The translations under genes and the position numbers were made by a program. The notes under the pieces were generated by a model. The model saw only the letters and a list, made by a program, of their open reading frames with translations, did not search any database and was not told the DNA's origin. Source: a virus. Taken from it: DNA of 64,000 nt. The stretch lies in IMG/VR virus record IMGVR_UViG_2864926767_000001; one strand, written 5' to 3'. Of the stretch, positions 56,338 to 64,000 are shown piece by piece. Numbering within the stretch: the first letter of the stretch is position 1; the number at the start of each line of letters is the position of its first letter.

Positions 56338-57462
56338 TCAGATCCCCAGCTGTGGTTGCTCGGTCATCTCTTGAAAGATCGCGTCTTCTGCTTCGATCTC
56401 AGGATCGGCCGAGTCCTCGGGCTCCGGTGCCGCAGGAATGAACTCGAGGGTGTTGGCGCCGATCTTGAGTGCCGGCCCACGCTTGAGACCACAGAGCTTC
56501 CAGTCCCCGGTCTCCTTCGAGCGCTGGAAACTCCAGCCTGGCTCGATGAACTTCTTCTCTTCGTACTCCTCAAGCCGGGTCTTCATCTGGGACTTGAACT
56601 TGCGACCCATCTTTTCGAAGGTCGAGTTGTAGCCGGCCAGGTGGAAGTAGGACTCCAAGGGAAGGTCGTAGACACCGTCCCGGTGAGATGCGACGAAGGT
56701 CATGAAGCGTTTGCCGAAGGCATCGAGCTGCCGGCGTACCTCATGTGGCACCAGGGTGGTGTTGACGCCGTCGAAGAGCAGGCAAGTCAGCGGATCGAGG
56801 TTGAGTACCTCACGGCCGCGAGTCTTGTTGCGAGTACGGTTGGTCAGGAAGCCCATCTCGATGTCAACGTCCTCACCATTGGCCAAGCCTTCGGTGAGCA
56901 GCTTGATATGCTCCCCGTAGACCAGCTTGATGTGGTTGGCGTAGCTCACAGTATCAGGGTCAGTTGATGCTGAAGGAGTCGTAAGGATTCGAACGAGCTT
57001 TTCCAGAGCCGGCCTGCTCGATACACGTAGGCGGGTGTCACGAAGGTCTTCCAGGATCTGTTCGACCTTGGCGAAGGAGCTACCGCTATCACCCAGACCC
57101 AGAACCTCAACCAGCTCCGCCTTGGTGACGGAGACTGGCTTGAAGATTGAACGGCCACGGGTATAGGCCAGGAGCTTCGTCCAGATCTCTTCGTGGTCAG
57201 CTAGAAGAGTCGCCCCCTTCAAGAAGATGCTCTCCCCACTGATGGAGAAGACAGGCGTCCAATCGTTGGTCTCTTTCAAGCTCTTAGGGGCAACAACTCG
57301 GAAGATGCAGCTTCGGGCGATGGGATTCGCCTGCTCGAAGTACTGCTCCCCTTGAAAAGGCAACTTGCCCTGGAGCACAGTGCTCTCGAGCTTTTTGGCC
57401 CGCGCTTCCTTCTTCTGATCCTTCGAAGAGCTCTGCTGCTGTTGTTCCCCGGTCATTTCCAT
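56338..57462 (-). CDS. TrfA-like plasmid replication initiator
   Basis: ANPIARSCIF, ASH....DL.LE....LAG segments resemble TrfA; adjacent iteron field. Confidence 0.75.
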   Translation of the reverse strand: MEMTGEQQQQSSSKDQKKEARAKKLESTVLQGKLPFQGEQYFEQANPIARSCIFRVVAPKSLKETNDWTPVFSISGESIFLKGATLLADHEEIWTKLLAYTRGRSIFKPVSVTKAELVEVLGLGDSGSSFAKVEQILEDLRDTRLRVSSRPALEKLVRILTTPSASTDPDTVSYANHIKLVYGEHIKLLTEGLANGEDVDIEMGFLTNRTRNKTRGREVLNLDPLTCLLFDGVNTTLVPHEVRRQLDAFGKRFMTFVASHRDGVYDLPLESYFHLAGYNSTFEKMGRKFKSQMKTRLEEYEEKKFIEPGWSFQRSKETGDWKLCGLKRGPALKIGANTLEFIPAAPEPEDSADPEIEAEDAIFQEMTEQPQLGI

Positions 57463-57589
57463 GTCTCGCTTCGAAATTGGCGATTTGTCAATTCATGGAA
57501 TCATATATGCCCAGGAAGGCGCTTGCATACGAGTTTTAGACCATTTTGATCTTAGATGACCAACCTACCCATCGAAGTGATCGTTTGGC

Positions 57590-58474
57590 CCGTGATCTGA
57601 GGTACAAACGTAAGCTTGTCAGGGCAACCCAAGGTTGAAATCACCGCGATATCAGGAACAAAAAGGAAGCCAGCGCCGCGATCCCAGGAACGGCAAGTGA
57701 CTGATCTTACGGCAAAAAGTTGTAGCGTTACCGCAAACACTGCTGCCGTGATTCTAGGTACAGATTTCTCAAACCCGCGTCAGCTGTGGCATTCAGCCGC
57801 TTCATCAACCAGCGTAGGCGGCCGGCCACGATCCTAAACACCGTGATTCCAGGTACAGGTGTGCATTCTAGACGCCTGCATGGTGATCAATACCGTGATC
57901 ATAGGTACACAGGGGCACTATATGGCCACCCTGCCGTGATTTCAGGTACACCAGGGCGCTAAATGGCCACTCGACCGTGATTTGAGGTACACGCAAACGC
58001 CTAAGAGACCGGGAATAGAGGTACAGGGAGTCATTCACGGGAAGCTAACCGTGATTCTAGGTACAAAAGCGTACCTGAGATCACGGTGGAATGCCTCTGA
58101 GCCCGCTAGGCCGGGATCTCAGGAACATACGGCCGGAACCTCACCGTGATTCGAGGTACAAAAGGAGTTCATTTTGTACCTGAGATCACGGCCCGCAGGA
58201 CAAGGCGTACCTCGGATCACGGCGAACCGTGAAATCCCTTTGAAATCAACAGGATAGGCAGTATTTAGGCGACTTATACAAAGTTACACACAGCATATAA
58301 ACAGGGTATGAACAGGGTTACTCACAGGAATCCGTGATTCTAGGAACGGCCGACGTGATCTCAGGTACGGTGACCGTGATCTGCGGAGCGCCATCCGTGA
58401 GAACAGGTACACAAACCGGGAGGCAAGGAACAGATTTCGGGATGTGAGGTACGCTTTTCGCGATTTGAGGTACA
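57590..58474 (+). repeat. Iteron field / replication origin: about 22 copies of a 17-bp CCGTGATYNNAGGTACA
   Basis: Direct copies at 57590, 57644, 57676, 57746, 57841, 57893, 57934, 57975, 58009, 58049, 58111, 58144; inverted at 58070, 58175, 58206; seven at exact 21-bp spacing from 58332 to 58458. Confidence 0.88.
58230..58330. promoter_or_regulatory. AT-richer origin spacer with DnaA-box-like 9-mers
   Basis: TTATACAAA, TTACACACA and TTACTCACA, plus ACAGG repeats, between the two iteron groups. Confidence 0.45.
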
Positions 58475-58702
58475 GCTCAAAATCCTGAAAGCCACATGCT
58501 GCGCGGCCTACAAGGGAGTCAGAAGGGCCTATAACCCTATTCTCTAACTCGGTTCTAACCGGCCTGGGGGCTGTTAACCCTCTTCAAAGAGCAAACCAGT
58601 CTTGTTGTAAACCAGTTGGCTCTTAACCGGGATTCGAAGCAGAGCGAGCTCCGAATCCCGGACACTTAAGCGCCAGGGCGACGCAAAAGCAAGAGCGGGT
58701 AA

Positions 58703-59008
58703 TCAGGAAAAGGCGCGGGAACGATCCCCGGCGTTTATGCCTGCAGCACCGGAGCGCTCGAACGAGAAGATCGGGCTAGCCACGTAACTGATCTTCGACC
58801 ACCAACGGGAGAAGTCTCTCCGGCTGCTGGATTTGCGCTGAGCGGAGCGGACGATGTTGCAGATATCGACCACCTGGATCATCACCTCACCGTTGCGCAC
58901 AGCTTTCACCAGCTCGGCGTCAGTGGCGTCCGGCATCGGGCCAATGAAGATGCGCTGGTTACACTTACGCGACAGCAGAAGGCCTACGCGTTCAATCCCG
59001 CTTTGCAT
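58703..59008 (-). CDS. CsrA/RsmA-like protein with insertions (copy 2)
   Basis: GLLLSRKCNQRIFIG..VMIQVVDI..KISYVASPIFSFER; GGGAG SD. Confidence 0.55.
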   Translation of the reverse strand: MQSGIERVGLLLSRKCNQRIFIGPMPDATDAELVKAVRNGEVMIQVVDICNIVRSAQRKSSSRRDFSRWWSKISYVASPIFSFERSGAAGINAGDRSRAFS

Positions 59009-59300
59009 GTGGCGTGTCTCCCGTAAGCAGTTCTTCGCGCAGCACAGAGATCGCTTTGGATGCATCGATCCCGATCCTTGCGCCAGCGCCACCACGTTGC
59101 TCGCCTTCGGCCTCTTGTGGCCTTTGGCGGCTTCCCTGTTCGTTGCCCACATCCGCCAGGTTGATCCAGATACCCTGGCGCATGGCCTGGGCAATCTCGG
59201 CGTCGGAGGCCGCAGGATGAACCTTCAAAGTGAGCTTCTCGCCGATCTTGATCGCGAGCACCCTTTCCGAGGCTTTGACGCCGGAATCTGCGTTGCTCAT
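58992..59300 (-). CDS. CsrA/RsmA-like protein with insertions (copy 1)
   Basis: LAIKIGEKLTL..IWINLADV..ARIGIDASKAISVLREEL; GAGAGG SD. Confidence 0.7.
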   Translation of the reverse strand: MSNADSGVKASERVLAIKIGEKLTLKVHPAASDAEIAQAMRQGIWINLADVGNEQGSRQRPQEAEGEQRGGAGARIGIDASKAISVLREELLTGDTPHAKRD

Positions 59301-59364
59301 GGCTTGCCTCTCAAATGACAATTAAGCATATATTGACAGAATCGGCGATCTTGGCAATACCCAG

Positions 59365-60189
59365 TTAAGCGTCCCCTGAGCCTTCTGCGGCGCTGCTTTC
59401 GGCAGGTTTGTCCTGGATTGCTTTTGAACCGGATGGGCCCACGCGAATGGTCTTTTGTCGCGATGGAGCCGCTCTCTGCCAGGGTTTTAGGCTCTCTCGA
59501 TCCTTCTCGATCTCCATATGTTGGAGCATGCGACTGGCCCTGGTGGACAGCGGGCCAAAAGCATCGCCTTTATGAATAAATTGCAACTGCTCTGCCGCAG
59601 ACTGAATTAGTTGGAAATTGTTCGCAAACCACGCCTCGCGCCCTAGGTAGTCAGCCACCTCCGCCAGCGCCGACGGCGATGCATTCAGCCTCAGAACCCC
59701 GACAGCTTCCATGGTCTGGCGCAATCGTTCCAGTTGCGCATCATTCACAGTCTGCTTCAGGCGATTCCAGAAGCCCTCCGGGATCTCCACGACCAGAGCT
59801 ACTGACCTCAGCATTGGAACGAACTCTGCAGCCGTGAGTCTCTTGGACTCATAGCGCTTGAGTGCGAACTTGAGCGACTCGTTGACCATCTGAGCCGCTG
59901 TCGTAGCGGATTTGCCTGATAGGGCGCTGCGCGCAAGCTTCGACAAGTGGCTGACGGCGTGCGCATGCGCGCGAACCCGCAACTTCTGCAGCAAATCACC
60001 ATCAGGAACATTGATGGTCTCTGCTTTGTCTTCTGACCATTTCTGGTTTTCTCGAGCCGGTTTCGACCAGGGGTACTTGAAGGCGCCGTCCCCTTTCTTA
60101 TTCCGCAACTTCAACGTCAAGTTGTCGTAATCAAAACCAACGATGTCCCACACCATAAAACCTCCCGGCTTAGCTGGTCGGAAGTTCAC
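59365..60189 (-). CDS. Hypothetical protein (start uncertain)
   Basis: ORF track. Confidence 0.65.
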   Translation of the reverse strand: MNFRPAKPGGFMVWDIVGFDYDNLTLKLRNKKGDGAFKYPWSKPARENQKWSEDKAETINVPDGDLLQKLRVRAHAHAVSHLSKLARSALSGKSATTAAQMVNESLKFALKRYESKRLTAAEFVPMLRSVALVVEIPEGFWNRLKQTVNDAQLERLRQTMEAVGVLRLNASPSALAEVADYLGREAWFANNFQLIQSAAEQLQFIHKGDAFGPLSTRASRMLQHMEIEKDRESLKPWQRAAPSRQKTIRVGPSGSKAIQDKPAESSAAEGSGDA

Positions 60190-60982
60190 TCGCCTGCATG
60201 TGTTGAATGATGTGCCTGATGGATACTTCGTGGCCTTTGGCCTTCAGGCTCGCCTCAACCTCTCGATAAAACTGAACAGGGTGAACACTTGGGGCAGCTA
60301 GCGTAGTTAGACCATATATTTTGTTCTTCGGATCTCGCACATCCCTGGCCACAATCCTGAAGTGCTCCTCTAGTGCAGTCTCCATGGCACTTTCGTTCAC
60401 ACTTCGCCTGATCATGCATAGCGCAAACTGGTTGTCTGGCACCTTGTAGAGCATGCCGGCGGCCGCAAGGATATTGGCGATGCCGATGATCATCCGATCC
60501 ACCTGGAGCCCCACGAACTCCTTGAATGCGTACTCCAGCTGCCGTGAGGTCAGGATATCGATAGTGGTATTAGACCACACCAAGGATGGCTCATTGCAAT
60601 ATTCGAACCTGGTCATCCGTGCCACATCACGGGTATCACATCGCAAACCCAGCTCCAGCGCGAGTTCTTGGAATTTTGTCTTCAACGAGGCTCTTTTCGA
60701 AATCTGATCATGAACTTGAATGGAGTATCCAAGACGTCCCATTGTTAGCATGATTGTGAGAGATAGCGGAAACTCATGTGGTATACGGAACTGCAGACTC
60801 AGAAGTCCGTACTGGTGTGCCAGGTAGGCGTCTACCGGCCTTGGCATTACAAGTTGCCTAGGGTCAAAGCCGCTATGTAACGCTGAGTGAATATCGCTAT
60901 AGGACTGGGGCTTCAACGACTCCAGAACGTTGTTGAAAATCTCCTCACGAAGTTGTTCAAAGGAGAAATCTGTAATAGACAC
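60170..60982 (-). CDS. Hypothetical protein
   Basis: ORF track, GTG start. Confidence 0.65.
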   Translation of the reverse strand: MSITDFSFEQLREEIFNNVLESLKPQSYSDIHSALHSGFDPRQLVMPRPVDAYLAHQYGLLSLQFRIPHEFPLSLTIMLTMGRLGYSIQVHDQISKRASLKTKFQELALELGLRCDTRDVARMTRFEYCNEPSLVWSNTTIDILTSRQLEYAFKEFVGLQVDRMIIGIANILAAAGMLYKVPDNQFALCMIRRSVNESAMETALEEHFRIVARDVRDPKNKIYGLTTLAAPSVHPVQFYREVEASLKAKGHEVSIRHIIQHMQASELPTS

Positions 60983-61103
60983 AGAGCGGCACCCGAATTT
61001 GTTCTTGTTATCCCACTAGGGTACTGGTTTCAAAAGGAGTTTCAACTTGATGGTGCGGGCCACTCTGGTATAGAATGGCCACCATACCGCACAGATGGAG
61101 AGC

Positions 61104-64000
61104 ATGATGCTCGCACACCGTTTGTCCGGCCCCTCGTTTGCTTCCGCTTGCGCCAAACTCCTGGAAGAAAAGAGTGGCCTTGTAATTGCCCGAAATGAAC
61201 ACGAAGCCAGCACCCTCCTTCAGGAGATCGGCTTCTACGCACCTGCGCTCAAATCTCGCCTCCTGCTGATCCGCGACAGCGAAACCTTGCCGTTCGACCT
61301 TGAACGTGCGCCGTCGTCGATCATGAGTGAACGCGCCTGGATGCTGAATCGCTTGGCAAACAACGACGTCGATATGCCCATCGTCATCGCATCGGCAGTC
61401 AACTGCATGCGACTGATCTCCGGCAAGGACTTCTGGAAATCGGCCAAGATCAGCTTGAGCCTTGGCGACTCACTGGCCAGTAAGTTCGGCGAGAACCTCT
61501 CCAGCCTCCTCGAGCTAGGGTACGCCGAGGCCAAGGCCGTGAAAATTCCTGGTCAATACGCGACGCGTGGTCGTGTAGTCGACTTTTTCCCGGTCGGCAT
61601 CAGCCACGGTGAGGATTTCCACGAGAACACCCCGGTACGCATGACCCTCGATGAACTGGGCCATATACAGTCGATTATCAAGATCGATGTTCTCACCCAG
61701 GAATCCGTTGGAAAGCCGCTGCTGAGCCTAGATGTCTTCCCGAACCGCGAATACCGCCTGGATCGTGAATTCGTTGAGTCCTTCAGAAGCAAGTCGTTTA
61801 CCTACCACGACAACCCCCGCGTATTCGAAAGCTACAAGGTCGCCCTCTCACTGCGCGACCACCCTGAGTTCATGTCCTGGATTGGCCTCAATCCCAGCAA
61901 CGTAACCACGTTGGTCGATATGCTCGAGTACGACGAGGTTCTCGCAGATTTCGGCGTAGCTCAGGCCATGGAAGAGCAATGGCGCCTGGTTGAAACCCGT
62001 CACATCGATATCCGTGACGATCTCTCGCGTACCTGCCCTCCCATCGACATGTCTTGGCGTTCCCCGGAAGCGACTCAGCGCGCCCTGGATGCAGCCAACT
62101 GCTGTACTTACACCACGCCGGTTGTACCCAGTGGCATGAAACGTGTGGGCACCCTGGACGATGCCCTTGCGCTCCTCAAGAGCTTAATCGACGAGAAAAC
62201 CCCGATCCTCTTCGTCATGAAGAGTGCTGTGCGCGCACGCCACGTAAAAGTGATCGGCAGTATGCTCGGTCTCCGCGTCGCCACTGACGTCTCCTTTGAG
62301 CAGTTCATTGCCAAGCCGGTCGGTCAGGCCGTGTTGCAAGGTACGCTGACCAACGGCTACCTCGACACCGTTGCCGGCTACCGCCTGATCACCGAGTACG
62401 AACTCTTCGGCACCAGCATCGAATCTTCTTTCGACGAGGACATTGGCGAGTTCCAGCGCAAAGCTGCCCTGCAGGGCCTGGTCGACATCAAGGAAGGCGA
62501 CTTCCTGGTGCATGCCACTAAAGGGATCGGCCAGTTCCAGGGCTTCGAAACCATCAACTTCACCGGCACCGAAGAAGACACAGTGCGGATCGGCTTCGCC
62601 AACGATGCCAGCATCTTCGTTAAAGTCAGCGAACTCGACATGGTGTCGCGTTACTCGGGTGGCGATGAGACGAAGGTTAAGCTTTCAAAGCTGAACCATG
62701 AAGCCTGGGCCAAAGGCCTACAGAAGGCTCAGGAAGACGCCCTTTCCGGCGCCCGCCAGCTGATCCTCGTTCGCAATGCTCGTCGACGCATGGCCGGCCT
62801 GCGCATGAACGAGCCTGATGAAGACTACGATCACTTCGTCGAGACCTTCGAGTACGAAGAGACTCCCGACCAGAAGCGCTCTATCTCGGAGATCATCCGC
62901 GATCTGACCTCTGGCCAGCCAATGGATCGCCTGATCTGTGGTGACGTAGGTTTCGGCAAGACCGAGGTCGCTCACCGCGCTGCATTCATGGTTGCCAACC
63001 AGGGTTACCAGGTAGCACTTCTGGCCCCTACCGCCCTGCTGGCCGAGCAGCACTACCTTTCGACACGCACACGCTTCGAAGGTACTGACATCAAGGTTCT
63101 CCAGGTAACCGGCAACAAGGTTCCGAAGGATGTGCTGAAGGTCATCCGGAATGGCGAGCCGTGCTATGTCATTGGCACCAACCGCCTGCTGCAGAATGAC
63201 GTCTTGTTCGGGCGACTGGCACTCATCATCATCGACGAAGAGCAGCGCTTCGGGGTTGACCAAAAGGAGCAGTTGCAGGATCTGCGCGGCGACAAACACG
63301 TCCTAGCCATGACTGCGACCCCCATCCCCCGCACCCTGACCCTCTCGATGGTAGGCATCCGGGACATCTCGGTCATCGCTACTCCGCCGGCACGGCGCCT
63401 TTCGGTTCGTACCATCCTGCGGCAGCCGGGAAACAGTGTATTGCGTGAGGCCATCGGCCGTGAGCTTTCCCGCGAAGGTCAGGTCTTCTACGTCCACAAC
63501 AGCGTCAAGACGATGCCGGATTGCGCTGCACGCCTTGCAGAACTGTACCCCACAGCCCGTATCGGCCAGCTTCATGGGCAGATGGGCAAGGCGATGACCG
63601 AAACCCTGGTGGCCTTCCAGAAGCATGAATACGACATCCTGGTGTGCACCACCGTGGTCGAGGTTGGTATCGACATCCCGAACGCGAACACGCTGATCGT
63701 CGAAAACGCCGATCATTTCGGCCTGAGCCAACTCCACCAGCTTCGCGGACGTGTGGGTCGCTCCTCCCGCCAGGCCTATGCCTACCTGCTCAGTGAATCC
63801 AGTCCTGGCACCAAGGAACACCAGCGCATGGTGGCGATGGAAGAGTCGTCTAACCTTGGCCAGGGCATCCTGCTGGCCCGCCACGACCTCGAAATCCGAG
63901 GGATTGGTGAAGTTCTGGGTCGCGAACAAAGCGGTCATGTCCACGCCATCGGCTTCAGCCTGTACATGCGCCTGCTGCAGCAAGCGATCACCGTCCTTGA
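61104..64000 (+). CDS. mfd: Transcription-repair coupling factor Mfd, runs off the window
   Basis: GGAGAG SD; SETLPFD, RGRVVDFFP, GDFLVH..GIG, GDVGFGKT, IIDEEQRFG, MTATPIPRTL, QLRGRVGRS, DLEIRG.GE.LG..QSG. Confidence 0.95.
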   Translation, partial: MMLAHRLSGPSFASACAKLLEEKSGLVIARNEHEASTLLQEIGFYAPALKSRLLLIRDSETLPFDLERAPSSIMSERAWMLNRLANNDVDMPIVIASAVNCMRLISGKDFWKSAKISLSLGDSLASKFGENLSSLLELGYAEAKAVKIPGQYATRGRVVDFFPVGISHGEDFHENTPVRMTLDELGHIQSIIKIDVLTQESVGKPLLSLDVFPNREYRLDREFVESFRSKSFTYHDNPRVFESYKVALSLRDHPEFMSWIGLNPSNVTTLVDMLEYDEVLADFGVAQAMEEQWRLVETRHIDIRDDLSRTCPPIDMSWRSPEATQRALDAANCCTYTTPVVPSGMKRVGTLDDALALLKSLIDEKTPILFVMKSAVRARHVKVIGSMLGLRVATDVSFEQFIAKPVGQAVLQGTLTNGYLDTVAGYRLITEYELFGTSIESSFDEDIGEFQRKAALQGLVDIKEGDFLVHATKGIGQFQGFETINFTGTEEDTVRIGFANDASIFVKVSELDMVSRYSGGDETKVKLSKLNHEAWAKGLQKAQEDALSGARQLILVRNARRRMAGLRMNEPDEDYDHFVETFEYEETPDQKRSISEIIRDLTSGQPMDRLICGDVGFGKTEVAHRAAFMVANQGYQVALLAPTALLAEQHYLSTRTRFEGTDIKVLQVTGNKVPKDVLKVIRNGEPCYVIGTNRLLQNDVLFGRLALIIIDEEQRFGVDQKEQLQDLRGDKHVLAMTATPIPRTLTLSMVGIRDISVIATPPARRLSVRTILRQPGNSVLREAIGRELSREGQVFYVHNSVKTMPDCAARLAELYPTARIGQLHGQMGKAMTETLVAFQKHEYDILVCTTVVEVGIDIPNANTLIVENADHFGLSQLHQLRGRVGRSSRQAYAYLLSESSPGTKEHQRMVAMEESSNLGQGILLARHDLEIRGIGEVLGREQSGHVHAIGFSLYMRLLQQAITVL

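Noticed and set aside
57590-58474. Repeat field as a CRISPR array
   Set aside because: Repeats are only 17 bp and degenerate, occur in both orientations, spacers are 4-80 bp and partly duplicated, no cas genes are present, and an initiator gene is adjacent.
59334-59362. TTGACA on the + strand between two minus-strand genes
   Set aside because: No matching -10 at 17 bp and no + strand gene follows; more likely part of the minus-strand promoter or an operator for the CsrA-like pair.

Overview
This window looks like 64 kb of a large conjugative-type megaplasmid backbone, probably from a Pseudomonas-like host (inferred from a Pseudomonas-type Dcd and an MvaT-family protein); no virion genes are seen. 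At the left is a 3.3-kb minus-strand RNA operon: 23 tRNA genes for 14 amino acids and two unusual G3-U70 tRNA-like RNAs (108 and 258 nt), behind a strong sigma70 promoter. The standout is the operon leader. It encodes a 31-codon peptide (MNAMTHNHMNQQGAKQIAAQWFINYCVKTPA) that uses all 14 amino acids served by the array. 30 of its 31 codons can be read by array tRNAs. It is followed by mutually exclusive hairpins and an intrinsic terminator, so it looks like a ribosome-stalling attenuator that would switch on backup tRNAs when any of them becomes limiting (inference). The middle holds many hypothetical proteins, with two recurring C-terminal motifs suggestive of export signals. It also has a TnpB-only IS200/IS605-family element, FtsH-like, orphan FliM, LysM, YcbK, GNAT and ART-like proteins, a patatin, and nucleotide/repair genes (dcd, tmk, rnhA, ligA, YfbR-like, HAD, metallophosphoesterase). 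At the right are an MvaT-like silencer, a tyrosine recombinase, a Tus-like protein, a TrfA-like initiator with about 22 17-bp iterons, two odd CsrA-like genes and a partial mfd. Coordinates and foldings were read by eye; protein calls rest on motifs, not database searches.
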